This document shows, one piece after another, positions 9,016-17,240 of a DNA stretch of 34,069 nucleotides. The notes under the pieces were generated by a model, which did not search any database, was not told the DNA's origin, and worked only from the letters and a program-made list of their open reading frames with translations. Origin of the DNA: a virus (Duplodnaviria; Caudoviricetes); the IMG/VR virus record IMGVR_UViG_3300020352_000003, positions 1-34,069 of that record; one strand, given 5' to 3'. Position numbers and translations under genes: made by a program. Numbering within the stretch: position 1 is the stretch's first letter; the number at the start of each line of letters is the position of its first letter.

Positions 9016-9047
9016 TTTGCGTACAACAGTAATTATACTTATATTTG
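9016..9047 (+). promoter_or_regulatory. Bacteroidota housekeeping-sigma promoter
   Basis: TTTG-N20-TATATTTG, matching the -33/-7 consensus. Confidence 0.75.
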
Positions 9048-9066
9048 TGTAAAGTTTTTAGAATTA

Positions 9067-9492
9067 ATGTCACTATTACATACCCCCACTTACGAGGTAG
9101 GATATAATGAAGAGGATGACAGGCAAGAACTAAAAAAGTTATTGTGGTCACAGTTTATGTGTAAGTGTGGGAGGTGTAGTGTGAAGACAGGAAAGAACTT
9201 TATGGAAAGGCTGCCTGTATTTATATTAGATGAGATAGCGTTAGAGGAAAGAATGAGGTTTGATATTGATTTAGGCTACGTTTGTAAACCAAAAGCTGAT
9301 AAGTTGTTATTAGTTAGTAAGAATCCTCATAGAGCAGGTTTAGCTATAAAGATAAGAATACTCAACACTTCAAAGAGACTTAGAGTCGTAAGAGGTTTAA
9401 TAGTAAGAGGAGTTACTAGGATTGCTTTGGCAAATGAGTATGTATATTTTGATACTGATGATTTAAAGTCTATGGCTTTATACTTAAGATAA
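9067..9492 (+). CDS. Degenerate peptidase M15-like protein (likely non-catalytic)
   Basis: FMCKCG, GYVC, NPH..GLAIKI and YVYFD align to M15A motifs but the Asp and last His ligands are replaced; ATG 9067 is in frame with track ORF 9001. Confidence 0.65.
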   Translation: MSLLHTPTYEVGYNEEDDRQELKKLLWSQFMCKCGRCSVKTGKNFMERLPVFILDEIALEERMRFDIDLGYVCKPKADKLLLVSKNPHRAGLAIKIRILNTSKRLRVVRGLIVRGVTRIALANEYVYFDTDDLKSMALYLR

Positions 9493-9514
9493 TGTTTTGT
9501 TTTTTGTTTTATTT

Positions 9515-9548
9515 AAGAAGAGGGTTGCAGAAATGTAGCTCTTTTCTT
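9515..9548 (+). terminator. Hairpin terminator
   Basis: AAGAAGAGGGTTGCA-GAAA-TGTAGCTCTTTTCTT. Confidence 0.75.
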
Positions 9549-9577
9549 GTTTTATCCAAAAATGTTTTTTATGTTTG
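9547..9577 (+). promoter_or_regulatory. Bacteroidota housekeeping-sigma promoter
   Basis: TTG-N20-TATGTTTG upstream of ATG 9601. Confidence 0.7.
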
Positions 9578-9600
9578 CATAGAACAATAAAACTAATAAT

Positions 9601-9753
9601 ATGGCATACAAGAAATTACCCTTTTGGGAAAGAAATGTAAATCCAATCACAGGTTGGAGAACAGAGAGAACAGATAGGTCAATAGGCAAGAAAAAGTTGT
9701 CTGAAGAAGTAAGAATATCAAAATCACTAAAAAGTTATGGAAGAAATAGTTAG
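9601..9753 (+). CDS. Small basic hypothetical protein, 50 aa (not in ORF track)
   Basis: MAYKKLPFWERNVNPITGWR...; A-rich leader after the promoter. Confidence 0.6.
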   Translation: MAYKKLPFWERNVNPITGWRTERTDRSIGKKKLSEEVRISKSLKSYGRNS

Positions 9754-9967
9754 TCACGAAATAGAATTAGATGGGGTAAAGTTAAATGTCCATGGATGTT
9801 ATCTTGAAGGTGTTAAAAGAAGTTTCTTTCCATCTTATTATCCAAATGTGTTTGAGATAGAATATATTTTTATCTCTGGTAAAAAGATAGATGTAGATAT
9901 TACTGACTTAATATACTATAGAACACAAGAAATAGAAGACCTAATAATAGAGCAATACTATAAATAA
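9737..9967 (+). CDS. Hypothetical protein
   Basis: 76-aa ORF, tightly packed in the operon. Confidence 0.7.
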   Translation: MEEIVSHEIELDGVKLNVHGCYLEGVKRSFFPSYYPNVFEIEYIFISGKKIDVDITDLIYYRTQEIEDLIIEQYYK

Positions 9968-10206
9968 TGAAGCTAGTAGAACAACAAGAGTATAGTGCTT
10001 GGTATAAATCAGTAGGCAACAAGATATACGATTGGCACGAACTAAAGCCAGACAACTTAGATATAAAGAACTTGCTTAAGGGTGTTGAAGTGATAGGAGT
10101 TTACAACAATAAACTACAGAACGAAAACAACATACTTAAAAGAGAACTTGATGAACTTAAACAAGAATTACTAATAACATTAAACAATTTAAATAAACTA
10201 TTATGA
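9967..10206 (+). CDS. Hypothetical protein with C-terminal coiled coil
   Basis: TAATG coupling; heptad Leu pattern. Confidence 0.7.
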   Translation: MKLVEQQEYSAWYKSVGNKIYDWHELKPDNLDIKNLLKGVEVIGVYNNKLQNENNILKRELDELKQELLITLNNLNKLL

Positions 10207-10373
10207 ACGATTTAATATCATTTAAGAATGCACAGATAGAAGCACTGCAAAGAGAAGTTGCTTCACTAAGAAAGTCAAATATACAACTAGAAACCTATGT
10301 GTTTGAGTTGACTGACGAGAATGTTGTAGAAGAATATAAATGTATAGTCAGAAAGGAGATATTGAAAAGATAA
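10203..10373 (+). CDS. Hypothetical coiled-coil protein, 56 aa (not in ORF track)
   Basis: ATGA coupling; MNDLISFKNAQIEALQREVASLRK... Confidence 0.65.
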   Translation: MNDLISFKNAQIEALQREVASLRKSNIQLETYVFELTDENVVEEYKCIVRKEILKR

Positions 10374-10381
10374 ACAAAAAT

Positions 10382-10412
10382 TAGGAAATATCAAATATAT
10401 TTCGTACATTTG
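10382..10412 (+). promoter_or_regulatory. Promoter (TAGG...TACATTTG), near-copy of 15208-15238
   Basis: TAnnTTTG -7 element; 25/31 identical to the second copy. Confidence 0.7.
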
Positions 10413-10442
10413 TTAAATATTAATTATAAAACAATAAACATT

Positions 10443-10970
10443 ATGAATTTTCATGACAAAGTACTAAGAGTACAGTCCGAGTTAAAAGCTCCAAAGAATC
10501 AAAGAAACAATTTCGGTAAGTACAACTATCGTTCTTGTGAAGACATTTTAGAGGCTGTAAAGCCATTACTAAAAGCAAATGCACTAACACTTATGATTAC
10601 TGATGAAATCAAAGAGGTAGCAGGTTTAGTGTATGTAGATGCAAGAGCAGTCTTGTTTGATACAGAAGGTAGAATAGAGGTTACTGCACAAGCAGGTATT
10701 GACCCTAATAGAAAAGGTATGGATATAGCACAGTCATTTGGTAGTAGCTCCTCATACGCTCGTAAGTACGCTTTAAATGGCTTATTCCTTATAGATGACA
10801 CAAAGGATGCTGATGCTACAAACGACCATAAGGACATACGCAAATGGCTTAATAAGGACACACCAGAGTTTAAGAAAGCACAAGGTTTCGTAAGTGGTGG
10901 TGGAACTATAGCACAAATAGAAGAGAAGTACAAATTATCAAAGGAAGTTAAACTATTATTAAAAAAGTAA
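10443..10970 (+). CDS. erf: ERF-family single-strand annealing protein
   Basis: APKNQRNNFGKYNYRSCEDI and GSSSSYARKYALNGLFLIDD.KDAD signature. Confidence 0.9.
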   Translation: MNFHDKVLRVQSELKAPKNQRNNFGKYNYRSCEDILEAVKPLLKANALTLMITDEIKEVAGLVYVDARAVLFDTEGRIEVTAQAGIDPNRKGMDIAQSFGSSSSYARKYALNGLFLIDDTKDADATNDHKDIRKWLNKDTPEFKKAQGFVSGGGTIAQIEEKYKLSKEVKLLLKK

Positions 10971-10975
10971 TTATT

Positions 10976-11260
10976 ATGGAAAACGACAAAGTATTCGCAG
11001 ATGGATTTATTTTCAAGAGAAATGAAAACGCACCAGAGTTTGTTATTGGTGGGATTAGCGTAAAAGTAGATGAAGCTACAAAGTTCTTAGCTTCTAATGC
11101 TAATAACGGATGGGTTAACCTAGATGTTAAGCAGAGTAAGAGTGGTAAGTATTACATGGAGTTAAATACCTTTAGACCTAAAGCAAATGGTGGTAATGCT
11201 CCTGCTGTTGCTAAGAAGGACAACTTCAAGGTAGCTGCTGGTGATGGATTACCATTCTAA
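10976..11260 (+). CDS. Putative single-stranded DNA-binding protein
   Basis: Follows ERF; small beta-rich core, flexible tail ending DGLPF. Confidence 0.65.
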   Translation: MENDKVFADGFIFKRNENAPEFVIGGISVKVDEATKFLASNANNGWVNLDVKQSKSGKYYMELNTFRPKANGGNAPAVAKKDNFKVAAGDGLPF

Positions 11261-11266
11261 TGAATT

Positions 11267-11295
11267 GGGGAGGGTAATGCCTCCCCTTTTTATTT
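11267..11295 (+). terminator. Intrinsic terminator
   Basis: GGGGAGG-GTAATG-CCTCCCC followed by TTTTTATTT. Confidence 0.85.
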
Positions 11296-11326
11296 AACAA
11301 AACAAACAAACAAAACAAACAAATTT

Positions 11327-12232
11327 ATGAATACACAAGATAAAGAAGTAGAGAGAATGTTTATGCAAAAGGTCGATGAAGACTGTTTTGTAGACATATC
11401 TCAAGTTATAGAACACCCACCTGTTGCATTGTCATTTGGTAATTATTCATTGAATACTCCAAATGGAATCAGGAGGTATCCAATCCCTATTGGAACTTAT
11501 GGCAACTTCAGTTTTGTGTCAGCCCCACCAAAAACCAAGAAGACCTTTTTTGTTTCCTTACTTACTTCTGTGTATCTCTCATCTACAGGAAAGAATAAAT
11601 ATGGTGGCAAATTAAGGGCTAAGAGAGACGATAAGTGTGTTATACACTTTGATACAGAGCAAGGAAAGTTTCATGCACAGAGAGTGTTTAGAAGGGTTGT
11701 AGAGATGAATGGCAATGAGAATGCAGGTTGCTATCACACCTATGGATTGCGTTCAATAGGGTACAAGACAAGGATTGATTTTATAGATTATAAGCTAAGG
11801 ACTATATCAGAGGAAAACGAAATAGGTTTAGTTGTTATTGATGGAATTGCTGATTTGGTCAGTGATGTAAATTCAATAGAGGAATCAAATGAGTGCATAC
11901 AAAGACTTATGACTTGGAGTGAAAAGTATAATTGTCATATCATACTATGTATTCACACAAACAATGGTTCAGAAAAGCCCACAGGACATCTTGGTAGTTT
12001 CGCCCAGAAAAAATGTGAGACAGGCATAATATTAGAAAAGAATGAACAGGATGATGGAATAGTAACAGTAAAATGTAAACAGAGTAGAGGATTTTCTTTT
12101 GAGCCATTTAGTTTTAAGGTAACAGAGTTTGGTTACCCTGAGATAATTAGTAATTTAGATGAGGACTTAGGAGAAGCCATACTACCTAAAAAAGAACCAA
12201 GCGAATGGCAACAAAAAATGAATATCGTATAG
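11327..12232 (+). CDS. RecA-fold AAA ATPase/helicase (RepA/AAA_25-like)
   Basis: Variant Walker A (APPKTKKT), FDTEQ, Walker B VVIDG, H-x-N, GHLGS, and an SR arginine-finger region. Confidence 0.8.
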   Translation: MNTQDKEVERMFMQKVDEDCFVDISQVIEHPPVALSFGNYSLNTPNGIRRYPIPIGTYGNFSFVSAPPKTKKTFFVSLLTSVYLSSTGKNKYGGKLRAKRDDKCVIHFDTEQGKFHAQRVFRRVVEMNGNENAGCYHTYGLRSIGYKTRIDFIDYKLRTISEENEIGLVVIDGIADLVSDVNSIEESNECIQRLMTWSEKYNCHIILCIHTNNGSEKPTGHLGSFAQKKCETGIILEKNEQDDGIVTVKCKQSRGFSFEPFSFKVTEFGYPEIISNLDEDLGEAILPKKEPSEWQQKMNIV

Positions 12233-12618
12233 TAACACCTATGTATATTGAACTTGAGAGAAAGACAAAGAAGAACAGAAGAGTATCAATTAATATGAAC
12301 TCCTATGGACATTCAAATCATTTCACGAACAATGAAGTGAAGATTAAGTTTAAGCAAGTGGTTGGAGAGCAGTTAAAGGGCATAACGATAGAAACACCTG
12401 TAAACATAACGTATCAAGTGTTTAAGCCAAGTAAGAGGAGGTTAGATAAGATGAATGTGATAGCAGTGACCTCAAAGTATTTATTAGATGCTATTACGGA
12501 GTTAGGTTGTTGGGAAGATGACAATGATGACTATGTAAAGATTGAGAAGTTACTGCCTACTGAATATGATAAAGGCAACGGAAGGGTTGAGATTTTAATA
12601 AAAACTATAGATGATTGA
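12205..12618 (+). CDS. RusA-like Holliday junction resolvase
   Basis: RRLDKMN...K...DA...G..EDDN motif. Confidence 0.75.
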   Translation: MATKNEYRIVTPMYIELERKTKKNRRVSINMNSYGHSNHFTNNEVKIKFKQVVGEQLKGITIETPVNITYQVFKPSKRRLDKMNVIAVTSKYLLDAITELGCWEDDNDDYVKIEKLLPTEYDKGNGRVEILIKTIDD

Positions 12619-13177
12619 AGAACAATTAAATAAACTAGCAGCCAAGCATGAGACTTGGGTTGGTTTAGTGAAGGGGATGGGATGTAATCCAGCTTATGTG
12701 GATGATGTTGTTCAAGATGCTTACATAAGAGTCTATGAGTACCTAAGCAAAGGTGTTGACATTTCTTATGGTGAGGATGATGTAAATGACTTTTATATGT
12801 ATATGACTTTAAGAAGCATATACTTAAATGGATTGAAGAAGAAGTCTGTTTATAATGAGATGCTAGATGTACAGGAAGAGAAACTTGAGTATGTATTGGG
12901 TAACATAAAGAATGAGTATTCTGATGTAGAGCAAGAGAGAGGATTTAACAAGTTAATAAGCAAAATATTTACAGAGGTAAATAGTTGGGATTTTTACTCT
13001 CGTAATGTCTTTATAGCTTATTTCACAACAGGTTTATCACTAGATAAGTTGTCTAATGAGACAGGTATAGGCAGAAGTAGTCTTTACAATTCTATAAGAA
13101 GATATAGAGATATTATAAGACAGAACTTTTCAGAGGATGCAGAGGATTATTATAACGGAGATTACGATAAAATTTAA
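12611..13177 (+). CDS. ECF-type (sigma-70 group 4-like) RNA polymerase sigma factor
   Basis: Region-2 motif DDVVQDAYIR; C-terminal HTH LSLDKLSNETGIGRSSLYNSI; 188 aa. Confidence 0.8.
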   Translation: MIEEQLNKLAAKHETWVGLVKGMGCNPAYVDDVVQDAYIRVYEYLSKGVDISYGEDDVNDFYMYMTLRSIYLNGLKKKSVYNEMLDVQEEKLEYVLGNIKNEYSDVEQERGFNKLISKIFTEVNSWDFYSRNVFIAYFTTGLSLDKLSNETGIGRSSLYNSIRRYRDIIRQNFSEDAEDYYNGDYDKI

Positions 13178-13183
13178 TTAATT

Positions 13184-13606
13184 ATGGAGGAGTTTAAAGG
13201 AGACAAAAGAACTAAGGCTTACAAAGAATGGAAGGCTAAGTTCGAATTAGAGAACGATAGCAAGTCAAAAGGACTTGGTGATACTGTAGAAAAGATAACT
13301 AAGGCTACAGGCATCAAGAAGGTTGTTAAAGCTGTTTTCGGAGACGATTGCGGTTGTGATGAAAGAAAGGATAGATTGAATTCTATAATGAGTTACAAGG
13401 TCGTTAATTGCCTTGAGGAGGATGAATACGATTACATAACTGAGTTTGTTTCATTAACTAGAAACAGAGTCACTATGGCTGAACAAAGAAAACTATTAGA
13501 CATCTACAACAGAGTGTTTAATCAAAGAAAGCAAATGAGCAACTGCCCTAGCTGTGTAAGAAGCATTGTTAGTGAGTTAAATAGATTAATTGTAAACTAT
13601 AAATAA
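13184..13606 (+). CDS. Hypothetical Cys-containing protein
   Basis: GLGDTVEKIT, DCGC and CPSC motifs; probable zinc binding. Confidence 0.75.
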   Translation: MEEFKGDKRTKAYKEWKAKFELENDSKSKGLGDTVEKITKATGIKKVVKAVFGDDCGCDERKDRLNSIMSYKVVNCLEEDEYDYITEFVSLTRNRVTMAEQRKLLDIYNRVFNQRKQMSNCPSCVRSIVSELNRLIVNYK

Positions 13607-13607
13607 A

Positions 13608-13760
13608 ATGAAAAAACTAATGTTATTATTGGCTTGGTTTGTTCTCACTAGTTGTGAACCTTCGCTTTGCCAAGACTGTTACACTATTTATCGTAGTGAT
13701 GGAACTTCTGAGTGGATTTGTGTTGAATATAGATGTGATGAATATTATGAAAGACTTTAG
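13608..13760 (+). CDS. Small Cys-rich lipoprotein, 50 aa (not in ORF track)
   Basis: MKKLMLLLAWFVLTS-C: basic N-terminus, hydrophobic core, lipobox LTSC; four further Cys. Confidence 0.7.
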   Translation: MKKLMLLLAWFVLTSCEPSLCQDCYTIYRSDGTSEWICVEYRCDEYYERL

Positions 13761-14463
13761 ACCAAGATTAAAAGGCAAGGTATTAAAAGCCTATGAAAAC
13801 CTAACCAAAGTGGAGAACAGAGTTCTTGTTATAGGTGACCTGCACGAACCATTTTGTTTAAATGGTTATCTAAACTTCTGTAAAGAACAGTATGCTATTC
13901 ATAATTGTAACAGAGTAGTGTTTATAGGAGATGTTATTGACAATCATTATAGCTCATATCACGAGTCATCTGCTGATGGATTAGGTGGTAAGTTTGAATT
14001 AGAACAAGCTGTAAAGAAGTTATCTAAATGGTACAAGGCATTCCCAGATGCCGATGTAACTTTAGGTAATCACGATAGGATTATTATCCGTAAGGCACAA
14101 TCATCCAATATTCCTAGTAAGTGGATTAAGGAGTTTAAAGAGGTGCTAGAGACTCCTAATTGGAACTTTGTAACAGAAGTCTATATTGATGGAGTTAGGT
14201 ATGTACATGGTGACAAGAGTGGCAAGGCTAGGATGGCAGCAAAGAGAGATATGGTTTCTACTGTCTCTGGACACTTTCACACAGATTTCTATTGTGAATG
14301 GATGTTTGGAAAGACAAGAGCTATATTCGGAATGTCCGTTGGATGCGGTATAGATAGCAAGTCTTACGCAATGGCGTATATGCAGGGCGGTAAGAAGGAG
14401 GCTATTGGTCTTGGTGTTGTAATAGGTGGTCATACTGCCTTTAATGTTAAGATGGAACTGTAA
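13747..14463 (+). CDS. Calcineurin-like metallophosphoesterase
   Basis: GDLH, GDVID, GNHD, HGD and GHFH motifs; start re-called at ATG 13747. Confidence 0.9.
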   Translation: MKDFRPRLKGKVLKAYENLTKVENRVLVIGDLHEPFCLNGYLNFCKEQYAIHNCNRVVFIGDVIDNHYSSYHESSADGLGGKFELEQAVKKLSKWYKAFPDADVTLGNHDRIIIRKAQSSNIPSKWIKEFKEVLETPNWNFVTEVYIDGVRYVHGDKSGKARMAAKRDMVSTVSGHFHTDFYCEWMFGKTRAIFGMSVGCGIDSKSYAMAYMQGGKKEAIGLGVVIGGHTAFNVKMEL

Positions 14464-14807
14464 TGAATTACAATAACGACTTCAAATACGACCTTAAGAT
14501 TGGTCAGGTTAAAGAGGAGGAACTCGGTAAGATATTCAACTCTAAGACTATAGAAGTCAAGTATGACTTACAAGCTATGAAGACAGGCAATGTTTACATA
14601 GAGTATTACAGTAGAGGCAAAGCTAGTGGCATAAGCACTAGCGAAGCCGACTACTATTGCTTTTGTATTGGTGATACATTTCATTTGATACAGTCAGTTG
14701 TATTGAAGGAAAGATGTAGACAATACTTAGGCACAGATAGAGACAAGTTAGGTGGTGACAACAATACCTCCAAAGGTATTTTGTTGCCTATAAAAGAATT
14801 ATTTTAA
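14463..14807 (+). CDS. Putative PD-(D/E)xK-type nuclease-like protein
   Basis: IEVKYD...TGNVYIEY...SGI.TS.ADYY motif. Confidence 0.55.
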   Translation: MNYNNDFKYDLKIGQVKEEELGKIFNSKTIEVKYDLQAMKTGNVYIEYYSRGKASGISTSEADYYCFCIGDTFHLIQSVVLKERCRQYLGTDRDKLGGDNNTSKGILLPIKELF

Positions 14808-14808
14808 T

Positions 14809-15210
14809 ATGTGGACAATGACTATAACACACGATATAATAAGTGGAACTGAGGCAGCTTACTTACAGGATGACCCTCCATTTGGACAACAAGATTATGC
14901 TAAGGACAGAAAAGAGATGCCTGTATTCAGTGGGGTACTAAAGTACTTCCCAGATGCTGTTAGGGAGGTCTCTAAGACATCTTGGGCAGGAAACCAACAA
15001 CATCACCCAGACAAGCCCTTACATTGGGATAGAAGCAAGTCAGGAGACGAATTAGATGCTTTAGCGAGACATTTGATGGAAGCTGGTACTACGGACTCAG
15101 ATGGCATCAAACATAGTGCTAAGGTAGCTTGGAGAGCCTTAGCGAACCTACAGAAGGAATTAGAGCGTGAAGGCGAAGCACCTCTAAGTGAATATAACAA
15201 AAAATACTAG
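14809..15210 (+). CDS. dATP/dGTP diphosphohydrolase-like protein (DUF5664-type)
   Basis: EV..S..G..H...HW......DAL.RHL......D..G..H.A..AWRAL pattern. Confidence 0.7.
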   Translation: MWTMTITHDIISGTEAAYLQDDPPFGQQDYAKDRKEMPVFSGVLKYFPDAVREVSKTSWAGNQQHHPDKPLHWDRSKSGDELDALARHLMEAGTTDSDGIKHSAKVAWRALANLQKELEREGEAPLSEYNKKY

Positions 15211-15238
15211 GATATGTTAAATATATTCCCTATATTTG
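15208..15238 (+). promoter_or_regulatory. Promoter (TAGG...TATATTTG)
   Basis: TAnnTTTG element upstream of ATG 15257; near-copy of 10382-10412. Confidence 0.7.
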
Positions 15239-15256
15239 CATAAGAAATAATTAACT

Positions 15257-15940
15257 ATGGATATAAAAGCTATTGTAGATGCTGATAGTATGATTTATGC
15301 TTCAGCAGTCACTTCTGATAACATATCAGATGCCAAAAACAAGTTAGATGCTAAGATTAACGCATCTCTTAATGACTTACAGGACTTGGGATATGATATA
15401 ATGAGTCTTGTAGTGTGTTCTGGTTCAAAAGGCAACTTCAGAAAGTTTATTACGAGTAGCTACAAGGCTAATCGTAAAGATACAGAGCTTCCACCTCTTT
15501 TAAATGAGTTACATGAGTATTGTAAGTCAGATTGGTATGCTAAGTGGGGTTATGGAATAGAAACTGATGACTTAGTTGCTAAAATATGGCATGAAAGCAA
15601 TCAAAACAACGAATCACCTGTCATAGTGTCTATAGATAAGGATTATTTACAGTTTCCTGCAATGATATTCAATTATCAGAACAAAAAGTTAGTTAAGCTA
15701 ACAGAATTAGAGGCTTTGAAGAACTTTTATACACAAATGATAGTTGGAGACAATGCAGACAACATAAAAGTCTGTAAAAACAAGGGAAAGGCTTATGCTA
15801 GTAAGTTATTTAAGGATTTGACTTCTAAATATCAAATTGTAAAGGCTGTTTACGCTGTTTACAGGGAACATTACAAGTCTAAGGCTAAATTAAAGTACAT
15901 TGAGTCCTATAACTTGTTAAAGTTAAGGATAGATGTATAA
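15257..15940 (+). CDS. 5'-3' exonuclease (T7 gp6/PolI 5'-nuclease family)
   Basis: VDADS, NFR, YKANR, ETDD, IDKD and GDNADNI motifs. Confidence 0.9.
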   Translation: MDIKAIVDADSMIYASAVTSDNISDAKNKLDAKINASLNDLQDLGYDIMSLVVCSGSKGNFRKFITSSYKANRKDTELPPLLNELHEYCKSDWYAKWGYGIETDDLVAKIWHESNQNNESPVIVSIDKDYLQFPAMIFNYQNKKLVKLTELEALKNFYTQMIVGDNADNIKVCKNKGKAYASKLFKDLTSKYQIVKAVYAVYREHYKSKAKLKYIESYNLLKLRIDV

Positions 15941-16154
15941 TGAAGACCAGAAAGACATTGTTTACTCATATTATCTTCTTACTTTGTATAGTATTAGTCA
16001 GGGTGAGTCTTTTGAAGAGCTTCAGTACATTATTTCTGAGTTTGAAGAAGAAGGTATGTATGAACAGTGTGATGGCATGATACAGGCTGTTGAGTTTGCT
16101 AAGTCAAACACTATGGAGAGAGTATTATTAGAATTAGATGAAGAAATAAATTAA
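15933..16154 (+). CDS. Acidic hypothetical protein
   Basis: 73 aa; FEEEGMYEQC motif; overlaps the upstream stop. Confidence 0.7.
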   Translation: MYNEDQKDIVYSYYLLTLYSISQGESFEELQYIISEFEEEGMYEQCDGMIQAVEFAKSNTMERVLLELDEEIN

Positions 16155-16169
16155 TATAAACAATAAATT

Positions 16170-16304
16170 ATGTATGTGAACATTGAGGTAAAAGAATCAG
16201 AGCAAAAAGACCATTTTTATTTTAGTATTAATGGTTTGAAATTAGGAGAATGGGAGCGTTCAGACCTAAGACATTTAATAGAAACAATAGACAATAAAAT
16301 ATAA
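16170..16304 (+). CDS. Small hypothetical protein, 44 aa (not in ORF track)
   Basis: MYVNIEVKE...LGEWERSDLRHLIETIDNKI; fills the gap exactly. Confidence 0.65.
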   Translation: MYVNIEVKESEQKDHFYFSINGLKLGEWERSDLRHLIETIDNKI

Positions 16305-16308
16305 CAAA

Positions 16309-16866
16309 ATGACATTAGAACAATTAAAACAAGAAGTAGAGAGGAGGTATGGCTTTGAGATTTCTGGTCAAACCAGAAAGCGAAATGTTGTTTATGCTAG
16401 AAAGGTATTCTGTAAACTTGGTAGGCTTATGGAGTATACTTTTCAAGATATAGGTAATACTATAGGTGTGAATCATTGCTCGGCTTTATACCACAACAAT
16501 ACATTTTATTCCGTTGAAAGTTTAGATGTTAAGATGTATAATAAGATAAAGACTTATTGTACTATTAAAAAGAAAAAAAATACTAAAGATATAATTCTTA
16601 TTTTAGAGGAAAAAGAAGAGTTCTACAAATCTAAAATAAAGAAGTTGAACAAGAAAATATCTGAATTAGAATCTGAGCCTTCTTCAGAATCACAATTCAT
16701 TTCTAAAAGAATTGATGATTGGGACTTTGAGACTAAGTCTGAGTTCATAAATACTAGGCTAGTTCCATTTGAAAGACTTGTTAAGTCAAGAGTTATGAGA
16801 AAAAAACCTCTAGCTGTTGAAGGAGCAAAGATAGAGAGAAGAGTTGCTAATCCATTTTTAATGTAA
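16309..16866 (+). CDS. DNA-binding protein with a DnaA C-terminal (domain IV)-like HTH
   Basis: TRKRNVVYAR...TFQDIG..IGVNHCSALY resembles the DnaA basic loop plus HTH (R.R....AR...S...IG..FGGRDHTTV.H). Confidence 0.7.
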   Translation: MTLEQLKQEVERRYGFEISGQTRKRNVVYARKVFCKLGRLMEYTFQDIGNTIGVNHCSALYHNNTFYSVESLDVKMYNKIKTYCTIKKKKNTKDIILILEEKEEFYKSKIKKLNKKISELESEPSSESQFISKRIDDWDFETKSEFINTRLVPFERLVKSRVMRKKPLAVEGAKIERRVANPFLM

Positions 16867-16871
16867 TTATT

Positions 16872-17018
16872 ATGAGACAGAAGAAGTTAACACAACAACA
16901 AAGAATAGGTAGATTAGAGAAAGTTGTTTCTCAACTATTCATACTTACTAAGAAGATTGAAGGTGAGATTAAAGTTATACAAGATAAGACAGGTTATCAT
17001 ATAGATGAAGAAGAATAG
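16872..17018 (+). CDS. Small hypothetical protein, 48 aa (not in ORF track)
   Basis: MRQKKLTQQQRIGRLEKVVSQL... Confidence 0.6.
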   Translation: MRQKKLTQQQRIGRLEKVVSQLFILTKKIEGEIKVIQDKTGYHIDEEE

Positions 17019-17223
17019 CCTAATATCACAAGAAGCTATAAAGTGGTGCTTTAAAGAAGGCTATAAGATATATCCTATTACTAAGGATAATGTAGTCTAC
17101 CAGATTGAGGTATGCAAGGCTCATCAAAAAGCCTTGCTTACTGAAACTCACACTAAGAAATCTATACATCAAGCAGTTGCAGATGTTTACTTAATGCTCT
17201 ACAATAAACGAAAAGACAATTAA
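17005..17223 (+). CDS. Hypothetical protein
   Basis: 72 aa; A..WC...G.KIYP motif. Confidence 0.7.
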   Translation: MKKNSLISQEAIKWCFKEGYKIYPITKDNVVYQIEVCKAHQKALLTETHTKKSIHQAVADVYLMLYNKRKDN

Positions 17224-17240
17224 ATTGTTATAATATTATG
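17205..17240 (+). promoter_or_regulatory. Putative phage late promoter
   Basis: TAAACG-N14-TTGTTATAATATTATG. Confidence 0.75.

Noticed and set aside
13639-13746. 5' extensions of track ORFs (670, 1004, 9001, 10410, 13639, 22774)
   Set aside because: They overlap promoters or other genes; downstream ATGs at 700, 1055, 9067, 10443, 13747 and 22804 fit better
14809-15210. 2-aminoadenine (Z) genome pathway
   Set aside because: No PurZ, no HD-family dATPase and no DNA polymerase in the genome
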